From Crocinitomicaceae bacterium (GTDB taxonomy: Bacteria > Bacteroidota > Bacteroidia > Flavobacteriales_D > Sanyastnellaceae): DNA of 38,472 nucleotides. Positions 1-7,357 of the stretch are shown here, piece by piece. Numbering within the stretch: the first letter of the stretch is position 1; each line of letters starts with the position of its first letter. Under the pieces are notes generated by a model, which was not told where the DNA came from, searched no databases, and worked only from the letters and a program-made list of their open reading frames with translations. The position numbers and the translations under genes were made by a program. The stretch lies in assembly GCA_040382375.1 (NCBI GenBank), contig JBEIFO010000001.1:1-38472 (forward strand). Reading direction: 5' to 3'.

Positions 1-368
1 CCGCCATCTGTGAAAATAACAATCATAACCGTTCCGTTCTTTTCCTTCAGGTCACGTCCAACTGCATATTTCATGCGGTTAATCACGGTACCTATGGCGT
101 CAAGCAATCCTGTCATTCCGTCTAACACATAATCTTTTTCCGTAAGTACAGGTAATTCTGCTGCAGGCAGGTTTTCGAATACCAATTCAGGACTGTCTGA
201 AAATAGTGTTAGCGATACATAGATCGGCTGATCTAAGTTGCGCTCTTGAATGGCTTTTATTGAATGAAGCTTTTCATTCAACCCTTCAAGGGTTTCTTTG
301 TAATGCGATTGCATACTTCCACTTTTGTCCAAGACAATGTGGTAGTGGGTGGCGTTTTGTTTATTCAT
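1..368 (-). CDS. vWA (von Willebrand factor type A) domain protein, 5' part only; the gene continues beyond the left window edge
   Basis: Absent from the ORF track because it is open at the window edge. Manual translation of the minus strand from ATG (complement of 366-368) gives MNKQNATHYHIVLDKSGSMQSHYKETLEGLNEKLHSIKAIQ...VLDGMTGLLDAIGTVINRM...GTVMIVIFTDGG. The hhhhLDxSGSM (MIDAS DxSxS) motif, the GxTxL threonine motif and the hhhhhTDG strand are the standard vWA signature in the standard order. Confidence 0.7.
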   Translation of the reverse strand, partial: MNKQNATHYHIVLDKSGSMQSHYKETLEGLNEKLHSIKAIQERNLDQPIYVSLTLFSDSPELVFENLPAAELPVLTEKDYVLDGMTGLLDAIGTVINRMKYAVGRDLKEKNGTVMIVIFTDG

Positions 369-529
369 TTTGTTTAATTATTTACGCAAAGATGTGGTGT
401 TGAACAAGGCTAAGTAAAGTTTTGACAACCTTGTTTTTTTAATTGAAGTGAAGTTGAAGGGGGATTTTCTTTTTCCAGTTTACATTGGTTTTATTGGTGT
501 TGTAGAGCGAAGGAAACACTTCGCTTCTT

Positions 530-1864
530 TTAGTTACGGTGTGCTGACTCACGTGTGATGTGTGATTTTTTTTTATTTTTAATGAAGTGGTAAATCCGGA
601 TATCTGACTTCGTTATTTTCTTTGAACGAATGAGTTCTTTGGTCAGACTTTCAATGTGTGTTCCTCTTGTTTCAAAAAAGTAATTGTAGTTCGGAAAATG
701 CTTCAAGAGATTTTTTATGAAGGTGCCAAGCTCGGCAACAGGCATGAGGTTTTCTAAATTGTCTAGGTACATCCAGCCGTGATCATTGTGAAAATTGAAT
801 TCACAGTGCATGTCCTGATGTGCGATGATTTGCGTGAGTAAAAAGATTTTTCGTTGTTCCGTTGAACTCAGCTGGTAGTATTGAACACGTTTCTTGTTCG
901 AATATTCGAAGAGATAGGAATAACCGTAGTTGTTTCCTTCGCTGTCAGTGAGCTCGGACTTAATAGGCTTGGGCAATCCGAAATCTTTAAAAATGGGTGT
1001 GATTTTTTTTGCGTCAGAAAAAAGTTCAAATTCGTCGAGTTTTTTAAAACCGTCTTCAATATTTTTAAATGCAGTAGGTGTGAAGCGATTGTAGTTCTTC
1101 GCAGTGTTAAGGAGGTTTCTTTGAAAGTAAAGTCCTAGCGTTGAGAAGCATTGACGGATAAACCAGGAAAGTGATTCGGCGAATTCTGTTAAGCTATTGA
1201 ATTCAGTTATTTCGAAGAGTTGAAAGAAAAAATCTTCAAAGGGAAGATCGCTTTCTTGGTTGGTGCCTTTTTTTCTCATTTTCAGCGCTGGGGTTCGCTG
1301 GAAGAATTCGCGCTCGGCTTGTCCAATGAAATTCGAATCATCGGCTAAACGAAAAACGGCTATGAGTAATTCAGATCGGGTAGGACAATCCACTGCTAAA
1401 GGAATATTTTTCTCTTGTTTGGAAAGGAAGTCCTTAGCTGCTTCGAAAAGGTTCAAGGTGGGAAGGGTAAACAGCTGACCATCGCCATCGGCGTATTCAA
1501 AGATAAGTTCTTCATTGAAGATAATTTTGAAATTGGAGAGTATTGCTTCCTTTTTCTTTTCAGCTGATTTGAATTCATAGGTTTGTGTAAACACACCAAT
1601 TTCTGCGCGTACCTCAAAGCCAATCTTCAAAGGTTTGCTCTTGTCGTGTAAGATGTTCTCGAAATTGGCGTAAGGACCAAACGACTGGAAGTATTTTACT
1701 TCTTTCATTTCTTGATCGTTACTTGGGAATAATTCAAGGAGATTAATTAAACTGCTTTTTCCTGTTGCTAATTCTCCGTAAAGGAAATTTAATCTTCCAA
1801 TTTCCCAGGTTTGTTTTTCTTGAAATACAGTGAAATTCTCAGCGTGAATGAATATTTGATGCAT
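530..1864 (-). CDS. AAA family ATPase (ABC/SMC-like, AAA_15/AAA_21 type), function unknown
   Basis: 444-aa ORF. The N-terminal P-loop is LYGELATGKSSLINLL (Walker A GxxxxGKS). The C-terminus has WMYLDNLEN (Walker B-like hhhhD) and ETRGTH (His-switch-like). It lies directly upstream of the vWA gene on the same strand. Confidence 0.65.
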   Translation of the reverse strand: MHQIFIHAENFTVFQEKQTWEIGRLNFLYGELATGKSSLINLLELFPSNDQEMKEVKYFQSFGPYANFENILHDKSKPLKIGFEVRAEIGVFTQTYEFKSAEKKKEAILSNFKIIFNEELIFEYADGDGQLFTLPTLNLFEAAKDFLSKQEKNIPLAVDCPTRSELLIAVFRLADDSNFIGQAEREFFQRTPALKMRKKGTNQESDLPFEDFFFQLFEITEFNSLTEFAESLSWFIRQCFSTLGLYFQRNLLNTAKNYNRFTPTAFKNIEDGFKKLDEFELFSDAKKITPIFKDFGLPKPIKSELTDSEGNNYGYSYLFEYSNKKRVQYYQLSSTEQRKIFLLTQIIAHQDMHCEFNFHNDHGWMYLDNLENLMPVAELGTFIKNLLKHFPNYNYFFETRGTHIESLTKELIRSKKITKSDIRIYHFIKNKKKSHITRESAHRN

Positions 1865-2243
1865 AGTTTTTAGTCTTCTGGGCGAAAGTATTTGTTAGGT
1901 GTGCAGTGTTGCTGCACGAAAAAAAGTCAAAGCAGTGGCTGTTCCTGTATGTGCGGGAAGTGCCGTGAATAAAGGAGTTGAGCGTTTAAAAAATAAAGCG
2001 GGGTGATTTTTTCAAATCGGGATATCAAAAGTAGAATGACTTCTCGCGCGAAAGGGCAAATAGTTTTTAACTGTTGAAAAAACGAATCGCTTCGACCGAT
2101 GTTAAAAAATATTTATTTTCAAGTTTGATAAGCCTTCCGGAATTAATTCAAATAAAACTCGACTGAAAATAAATTTTTTGGCACGGTGAAATAATTATCC
2201 ACAATGGGCACGAAGGTGAATTTTCGTCCTAATTTCACTCCCT

Positions 2244-3614
2244 ATGTCAGCCCCTAAAAAAACATTTACCCTTCTTCAACTTACTCAAAGCATTCATAGA
2301 GCAGTACAGTCTGCATTCGATGGCCGTTACTGGATAGTTGCTGAAATGAACAAGCTGAATCTTTATCCGAAAAGTGGACACGCCTATCCGGAATTGGTAG
2401 AAAAGCAAGACGGAGTCATTGTTGCTGAAATGCGCGCTAATCTTTGGAAGAACGACTTTGAGCGCATTAACCAGAGCTTTATTCAGGCCATTCAAGAACC
2501 GCTGAAAGATGGTATTAAGGTGCTTATGAATGTTTCGGTTGGATTCGATTCGAAATATGGTATTTCTTTAACTATTCATGAAATAGATGCGAATTACACC
2601 TTAGGCGATTTAGAGCAGGAAAAGCAGAACAGCATCCAGGCACTAAAGAAGCAGGGCATTTTCGATTTGAATCGGAAAAAGAGTTTGCCTCTGCTTCCGC
2701 AAAGATTGGCTATTATCTCTGTAGCGAACAGCAAGGGATATCAAGATTTCACCCACGTGCTCGATGAGAACGCCTGGAAGTACAAATTCTTCCACATGCT
2801 CTTTCCTTCTTTGTTACAAGGAGATAAGGCTGTTGCAGATTTAACCAATCAGCTCAATCGCATTCGTAAAGTCGCCCATCACTTCGATGCGGTCGTAATT
2901 GTGCGAGGTGGAGGCGGTGATATCGGATTGGCCTGCTACAACAATGTGAACCTGTGCAAAGTCATTGCCGAATTTCCTATGCCCGTGCTCACGGGTATTG
3001 GTCACCGGGTGAATGAATCGGTTGCAGATATGGTGGCTTATAAAAATCTAATTACGCCGACAGACCTGGGCAATTACTTTATTCAGCAATTTCATAATTT
3101 TTCTTTACCCGTTCAACGTGCTGAAGAAGCGATAGCAGACAAATCGTTGCGTCTTCTTTCCGAAACGAAATCGAAATTGCATGGCTTTGTGCTGTTGTTT
3201 CGCTCTGTGGTGGAAACAACCTTGGTCAAGAACACTTCGAAGATTGAAACGCTTCGTGTGGGTTTGCGCGTGAAAACAATTCAGCACGTTTCTAACGAGA
3301 AAGGAAATATTCAAAAGCTTTCCAAAGCCTTGGCCAACGACGCGCGAACACTCTTGACCGCAGAACGGGTTTCTGTTTCGAAATTGCAAGAGGGAATGAA
3401 AAACCGAATAAACGTTCGGTTGTCGAAAGATCTAATGTTGGTAAACGGATTGGAGAATAGCGTTCGTTTGTTAGATCCACGAAATGTCTTGAAACGCGGA
3501 TTCAGTATAACCCTCGTGAATGGCAAGGCGGTGACCGATGAGAATCAAGTGAATTCAGGCGAAGAGATAACAACACTATTATATAACGGAACATTAAAAT
3601 CTATTAAAGAATAA
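2244..3614 (+). CDS. xseA: exodeoxyribonuclease VII large subunit
   Basis: 456-aa ORF with the expected length and layout: an N-terminal OB-fold-like region (YWIVAEMNKLN...SGHAYPEL), a central VIVRGGGGDIGLACYNN (RGGG motif) and a long helical C-terminus. The small-subunit gene follows 4 nt later. Confidence 0.9.
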   Translation: MSAPKKTFTLLQLTQSIHRAVQSAFDGRYWIVAEMNKLNLYPKSGHAYPELVEKQDGVIVAEMRANLWKNDFERINQSFIQAIQEPLKDGIKVLMNVSVGFDSKYGISLTIHEIDANYTLGDLEQEKQNSIQALKKQGIFDLNRKKSLPLLPQRLAIISVANSKGYQDFTHVLDENAWKYKFFHMLFPSLLQGDKAVADLTNQLNRIRKVAHHFDAVVIVRGGGGDIGLACYNNVNLCKVIAEFPMPVLTGIGHRVNESVADMVAYKNLITPTDLGNYFIQQFHNFSLPVQRAEEAIADKSLRLLSETKSKLHGFVLLFRSVVETTLVKNTSKIETLRVGLRVKTIQHVSNEKGNIQKLSKALANDARTLLTAERVSVSKLQEGMKNRINVRLSKDLMLVNGLENSVRLLDPRNVLKRGFSITLVNGKAVTDENQVNSGEEITTLLYNGTLKSIKE

Positions 3615-3618
3615 AAAT

Positions 3619-3819
3619 ATGAGTGAACCAGAAGTAAACTATGCGCGTGCCTTCGAAGAGTTGCAGGCCATTGTAACGGAAATTGAATTGGGACAAATTA
3701 CCGTAGACATTTTATCTGAAAAGGTGAAGCGCGCTTCGGAGTTAATCACCATCTGCAAAACGAAGTTGACATCGACGGAGGAGGATGTGAATCAGATTTT
3801 GAAAGAGCTGGAAGGGTAG
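3619..3819 (+). CDS. xseB: exodeoxyribonuclease VII small subunit
   Basis: 66-aa all-helical ORF immediately after xseA. FEELQAIVTEIELGQ matches the small-subunit consensus (FEEaLxeLExIVxxLE). Confidence 0.85.
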   Translation: MSEPEVNYARAFEELQAIVTEIELGQITVDILSEKVKRASELITICKTKLTSTEEDVNQILKELEG

Positions 3820-3876
3820 ATTCTTCGAAAGATGTTGCACAAGATTGCTTCGCAAAGTTGTCCTTAATATTGCACA

Positions 3877-4188
3877 ATGAAAATAGAAATTTGGAGCGAC
3901 ATTGTATGTCCGTTTTGTTACATCGGGAAGCGTCATTTAGAGCAAGCAATTGCGAAGACTGGGAAGACAGTAGAGATTGAATGGAAGAGTTTTCAGCTAG
4001 ATCCGAGTGTTACTCCGGAAGATGCGGGTGCTTCGGTGGTGGAGCATTTAGCAGAGAAGAAAGGAATGTCCATTGATCAAGTAAATGGAATGATGGCACG
4101 TGTGGAATCCATGGCGATTGAAGCTGGCTTAGACATGAAGCTTCGCAGTTCTTTCGTGATGAATACGTTTCATGCGCATCACTTTTGA
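3877..4188 (+). pseudogene. DsbA/FrnE-family thiol oxidoreductase, truncated (5' ~45% only)
   Basis: The ORF starts MKIEIWSDIVCPFCYIGKRHLE (CPFC active site) and continues colinearly with full-length DsbA-family oxidoreductases up to ...NTFHAH. It stops at 103 aa where the family is usually ~230 aa. Confidence 0.6.
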
Positions 4189-4457
4189 ATCTTCAAATAC
4201 TGTTTTTTGCTTGCATTGTTTCATTGCAATTACAAGCACAAATCTTACCATACAAAGACTCGAACCAAGGATTTCAGAAAGTTTTCCTTCAACCCAACGA
4301 AGAAAAAGAATTGATTTTCCGAGTTGGTCAGCAAGAACTTCAGGAATACACGGGGAATAATGAATGGAAGTTTCAGCAAGGAAAATACCGCATTATGTTC
4401 GGCAGTTCGAGCAGCGAAATTCAACAGGAGTTTGTGTGGGAATATTTTCCGAATTAA
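4185..4457 (+). pseudogene. remnant of a family-3 glycoside hydrolase (signal-peptide-like start joined to the C-terminal Fn3-like tail)
   Basis: 90-aa ORF with a TTG start. NLQILFFACIVSLQLQAQ (signal-peptide-like) runs directly into GFQKVFLQPNEEKELIFRVGQQELQEYTGNNEWKFQQGKYRIMFGSSSSEIQ. That segment reads like the last beta-sandwich strands of BglX-type beta-glucosidases, which are normally over 700 aa. Confidence 0.45.
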
Positions 4458-5281
4458 TGCGGATTTAAAATCACGAGTATCGGAATAGCAATTAGAAGAA
4501 GCAGTCCGAGAATTTTCAATCGTCCAATCGGGCTGAACAAATTTTGTCCAAACCACAATCCGAATCTCCTGAGGTATTGGTGTTCAGACTCTCTCAAGCG
4601 ATGTTTTTTTTCTTTTTTGTTAATGGCAACATCGTCTTTTTTTCCGAATATTTTGAGCACTGTAAGTTTTATAATTCGGAGTAAACCTCGAACGAGGTAG
4701 AAAATGAATCCAGCTATTGACAGAACGAATACAACCGTTAGGAAAACGAGTCCATCTCCCACGCTAGTTGCTGACGGTCCAACGAGGGCGAGTAATCCGC
4801 CAGAAATACCGCCGAGAATCATAGCAAGCAAAACAAGTTTGAAATCTCTTCCAATTGCTTTTTTTAGCTGTTCTACCGTTTTGGGTTTTCTTATCGGATG
4901 GCCGAAAAAAGGTTCTTTGTATTCTTTTGGTAAGGAGGTTTCTTTTTGTCCGAAGTAATCTTCTTCTTTATTCGTTGGCGTAATGGTGTCGGAAGGCGTT
5001 TTAAATTTTAAATTCTTCGAAAGATTCTCCGAAAGGTCTTGTGAAACACCTGTTTCAAAATTCTTCGAAAGGTCTTGTGAAACATCTGTTTCAAGATTCT
5101 CCGAAAGATTCTCCGAAAGGTCCTGCGGAAGGTCTTGTGAAACATCTGCCAGAGGGTTCATCGGTTTTGGATGCAGCCATGAAATATGATATCCTTTTTC
5201 ATAGATGCGCTTTTCAATGGAGCAGGAGGTAAAGGCTATTACACAAAATAGGAACGCCAATAGCGCTAGGTTTAATCTCAT
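4454..5281 (-). CDS. membrane lipoprotein with acidic tandem repeats, unknown function
   Basis: 275-aa ORF. The signal peptide has a lipobox-like AFTSC followed by SIEKRIYEKGYHISW. A repeat block follows (DVSQDLPQDLSENLSENLETDVSQDLSKNFETGVSQDLSENLSKNL), then hydrophobic helices (LVLLAMILGGISGGLLALV, LVFLTVVFVLSIAGFIFYLV, ILGLLLLIAIPILVIL). Confidence 0.6.
   Translation of the reverse strand: MRLNLALLAFLFCVIAFTSCSIEKRIYEKGYHISWLHPKPMNPLADVSQDLPQDLSENLSENLETDVSQDLSKNFETGVSQDLSENLSKNLKFKTPSDTITPTNKEEDYFGQKETSLPKEYKEPFFGHPIRKPKTVEQLKKAIGRDFKLVLLAMILGGISGGLLALVGPSATSVGDGLVFLTVVFVLSIAGFIFYLVRGLLRIIKLTVLKIFGKKDDVAINKKEKKHRLRESEHQYLRRFGLWFGQNLFSPIGRLKILGLLLLIAIPILVILNPH
5011..5150 (-). repeat. in-frame mosaic tandem repeat (12-nt and 24-nt units) inside the lipoprotein gene
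   Basis: Units attcttcgaaag / attctccgaaag and gtcttgtgaaacaYctgtttcaaR recur head to tail. They encode the D/E/S/L-rich DVSQDLSENLS repeats. Confidence 0.7.
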
Positions 5282-5397
5282 GGTGCAGGTTGTAAACGAA
5301 AAGTGAAATTAAGGAAATTTGGGAATACCGGTAAACATGCTGAGGAGTTTGTTGTTTGAACTGTGTTATTCGAAATAACTTTACAAAAATACAGATT

Positions 5398-6027
5398 ATG
5401 AATGCAGTAGAAGCAATGCAATGGAGATATGCGGTGAAGGCCATGAATGGAGAGAAAGTAAGCGACGATAAGATTGAAAGAATTTTGGAAGCGATACGTT
5501 TGTCGCCGTCTTCAAGCGGCTTGCAGCCATACGAATTGTTGGTTGTAACAAATCCAGAATTGAAGACACAGCTGAGAGCAGCAGCGCACAACCAAAGTCA
5601 GGTTGAAGACTGCTCGCATCTTTTGGTTTTCGCGGCCTGGGATACGTATACAGAGGAGCGCATTAACAAGTGGTTCGATTTAGTGAATGAAGTAAGAGGG
5701 GTGAAGAGTGAGGGTTGGGAGAACTATCGCAATAGTATTTTGAAAGCTTATCCTCCACGCCCTGCTGAAGCGAATTTCGAGCATGCATCGAAGCAAGCCT
5801 ACATAGCTCTTGGAATAGCCATGTTAGCAGCCGCAATGGAAGAAGTAGACTGCACACCTATGGAGGGATTTATTCCAGCCGAAGTCGATCGCATTCTGGG
5901 TCTTGAAGCGAAAGGATTGAAGTCTGTGCTTCTACTTCCATTGGGATATAGAAATCCGGAAAAGGATTATTTAATCAATGCGAAGAAGGTTAGGAAGTCG
6001 ATGAGTGATTTTGTTCTTCAACTTTAA
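5398..6027 (+). CDS. NAD(P)H nitroreductase family protein
   Basis: The ORF-track entry starts at a TTG (5356); the ATG at 5398 (MNAVEAMQWRYAVKAM) gives the usual ~209 aa. RLSPSSSGLQPYELLVV, LLVFAAW and DCTPMEGF follow the nitroreductase-fold pattern (PSsxNxQPw..vvv, ...P.eGF). Confidence 0.8.
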   Translation: MNAVEAMQWRYAVKAMNGEKVSDDKIERILEAIRLSPSSSGLQPYELLVVTNPELKTQLRAAAHNQSQVEDCSHLLVFAAWDTYTEERINKWFDLVNEVRGVKSEGWENYRNSILKAYPPRPAEANFEHASKQAYIALGIAMLAAAMEEVDCTPMEGFIPAEVDRILGLEAKGLKSVLLLPLGYRNPEKDYLINAKKVRKSMSDFVLQL

Positions 6028-7145
6028 TGAATCAAATTCAGTTCGTCACTGACATTGGTCTTTTTAACCGACCAAATTATCTGAATTAAGATTGAGATTA
6101 GAAGAGCTAGAACTACTGCTGGTATGGCGCTCAAGGCGGCAGTCGAGGCTTCAGCTGCCATGATGATAATGGTAAGACAGCTCAGTACCATGAATATTTT
6201 ATTGATTCTCATCTTCTTTTTTAGCTTTTCAAGTTGTTCTTGCAGTGAAGCGGTGTTTTGAGTGTTTAGTTTTGAAGCGGGATTTGTTTTTGGTTCGATA
6301 TTGAGTAGGTTATTTTTTACTGCAATGAGTCGTTTACGTTTACTCGTATAAATGGAGAAAAGCACGAGACTCGCCATTCCAAACAGGAACAGGTAGGTAA
6401 AAGTCAAAATTGAAAGAGGAAGTAATGTGAAACGGACGATATTGTAACGCTTAATTTTCTTATTTAAGTCCGTCACTTTTGAAGCTATTTCTTCTTGGTC
6501 GCGCGGTACGTTTGGGTTTGCTATGGGTGTCCCAACGGTATCTTGTTTATAATAGATATGACTTTGATCGAGGTGCTTGTTTTTTATGATAGTGTAGGTA
6601 ATAATTAATATGATAGAAACGACCACCCCTACAAAACCAAGTCCGAAAAGTGCCCACGCCACACCAGCATCGGTTTCTACGAGAATAGGAATACTCACGA
6701 AGAAAGCAACAGTACTTATTGCGAGACTTAACCACGATCGAAGGATACGTTTGAAGTCTTTTTCCTCTTGATTATACTTTTCTGCCGATTTAACTTCAGT
6801 TGGATTGGGGCTCTTGGTTTCAGGAACGGTGTCGGTATTTGAAATCGATAAGTGTTGCTTTTTTATTTTGGAATTTACTTTCCCAAAAGTGAGTGTAGTG
6901 ACGTTGTTCTTTTGAATGGTGTCTATGGAAGCTTTGCCATCTCGGTTGTTCTTGTCTTCTTCAGATTTCGGGATATTCAACAGGCTATACTTTTCAGATT
7001 TGAAATTTGTAGCCGTTGTTTTCTTTGGAATAAACTTTTGGACATTCCATGTCGTGTGATATCCGTTTGAGTATCGCTTTTTTTCTATTGTGCATCCGTT
7101 TAATAAGAGTGCACAGAAAATTATCAGCGTAAGAATTTTCGACAT
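6024..7145 (-). CDS. membrane lipoprotein, unknown function
   Basis: The ORF-track start (GTG at 7211) lies inside the terminator hairpin. The internal ATG (codon 23, ~7145) gives MSKILTLIIFCALLLNGC-TIEKKRYSNGYHTTW, a lipoprotein signal with the same post-Cys motif as the 4454-5281 protein. Several C-terminal TM helices are present. Confidence 0.6.
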   Translation of the reverse strand: MSKILTLIIFCALLLNGCTIEKKRYSNGYHTTWNVQKFIPKKTTATNFKSEKYSLLNIPKSEEDKNNRDGKASIDTIQKNNVTTLTFGKVNSKIKKQHLSISNTDTVPETKSPNPTEVKSAEKYNQEEKDFKRILRSWLSLAISTVAFFVSIPILVETDAGVAWALFGLGFVGVVVSIILIITYTIIKNKHLDQSHIYYKQDTVGTPIANPNVPRDQEEIASKVTDLNKKIKRYNIVRFTLLPLSILTFTYLFLFGMASLVLFSIYTSKRKRLIAVKNNLLNIEPKTNPASKLNTQNTASLQEQLEKLKKKMRINKIFMVLSCLTIIIMAAEASTAALSAIPAVVLALLISILIQIIWSVKKTNVSDELNLIH

Positions 7146-7195
7146 AAATAGAATAGTAAGGTTATTCAAAAGTATCGAAAAAATTGATTGCTGGA

Positions 7196-7230
7196 AATAA
7201 AAAAGTCCCACTGCAAGGTGGGATTTTTTG
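7196..7230 (-). terminator. rho-independent (bidirectional-looking) terminator ending the 16-gene operon
   Basis: The stem tcccac (7206-7211) / gtggga (7218-7223) has a 6-nt loop and is flanked by an A-run on the left and a T-run on the right, so a U-tract follows the stem on either strand. It is the first such structure after the last operon gene (stop at 7358). Coordinates are +/- 1-2 nt. Confidence 0.55.
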
Positions 7231-7357
7231 GTTTTGGGGAGTGAGGTTTCTATTTCGAAATAATGACTTCCTCTAATTTAACATGTTGCAGTTAAAGGGA
7301 AGTTTGCGAATGGGGAAATTAAAGTAAAAGCTAATTTCTCAAATCTTACAGAAATTA

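Noticed and set aside
206-403. 65-aa plus-strand ORF
   Set aside because: It lies antisense inside the clearly vWA-encoding minus-strand frame. Its composition is Cys/Phe-rich and unlike a real protein. It is a shadow ORF.
868-1478. Three short ORFs (63, 85 and 72 aa) within the AAA ATPase gene
   Set aside because: They are alternative-frame or antisense shadows of a 444-aa ORF that carries ATPase motifs, and they have no signals of their own.
1901-1917. Hairpin gtgcag-tgttg-ctgcac between the ATPase gene and xseA as a terminator
   Set aside because: No U-tract follows it on either strand, and it lies in a divergent promoter region where no transcript needs terminating.
2247-3526. Minus-strand ORFs of 62-94 aa overlapping xseA
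   Set aside because: They are antisense to a confidently identified conserved gene. They are typical shadow ORFs.
4172-4556. 62-aa plus-strand and 103-aa minus-strand ORFs around the GH3 remnant
   Set aside because: They overlap the remnant and the 3' end of the lipoprotein gene in other frames, and they have no recognisable features.
5214-5591. 125-aa minus-strand ORF spanning the divergent promoter region and the nitroreductase 5' end
   Set aside because: It overlaps two better-supported genes (the lipoprotein start and the nitroreductase) and looks like chance open frame.
7146-7211. N-terminal extensions suggested by the ORF track (GTG 7211; also 8929, TTG 5356, TTG 20948, TTG 22564, 31675)
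   Set aside because: In each case an in-frame ATG slightly downstream yields a canonical signal peptide or the family-typical N-terminus and removes overlap with the upstream gene or the terminator. The extensions are probably artefacts of longest-ORF calling.
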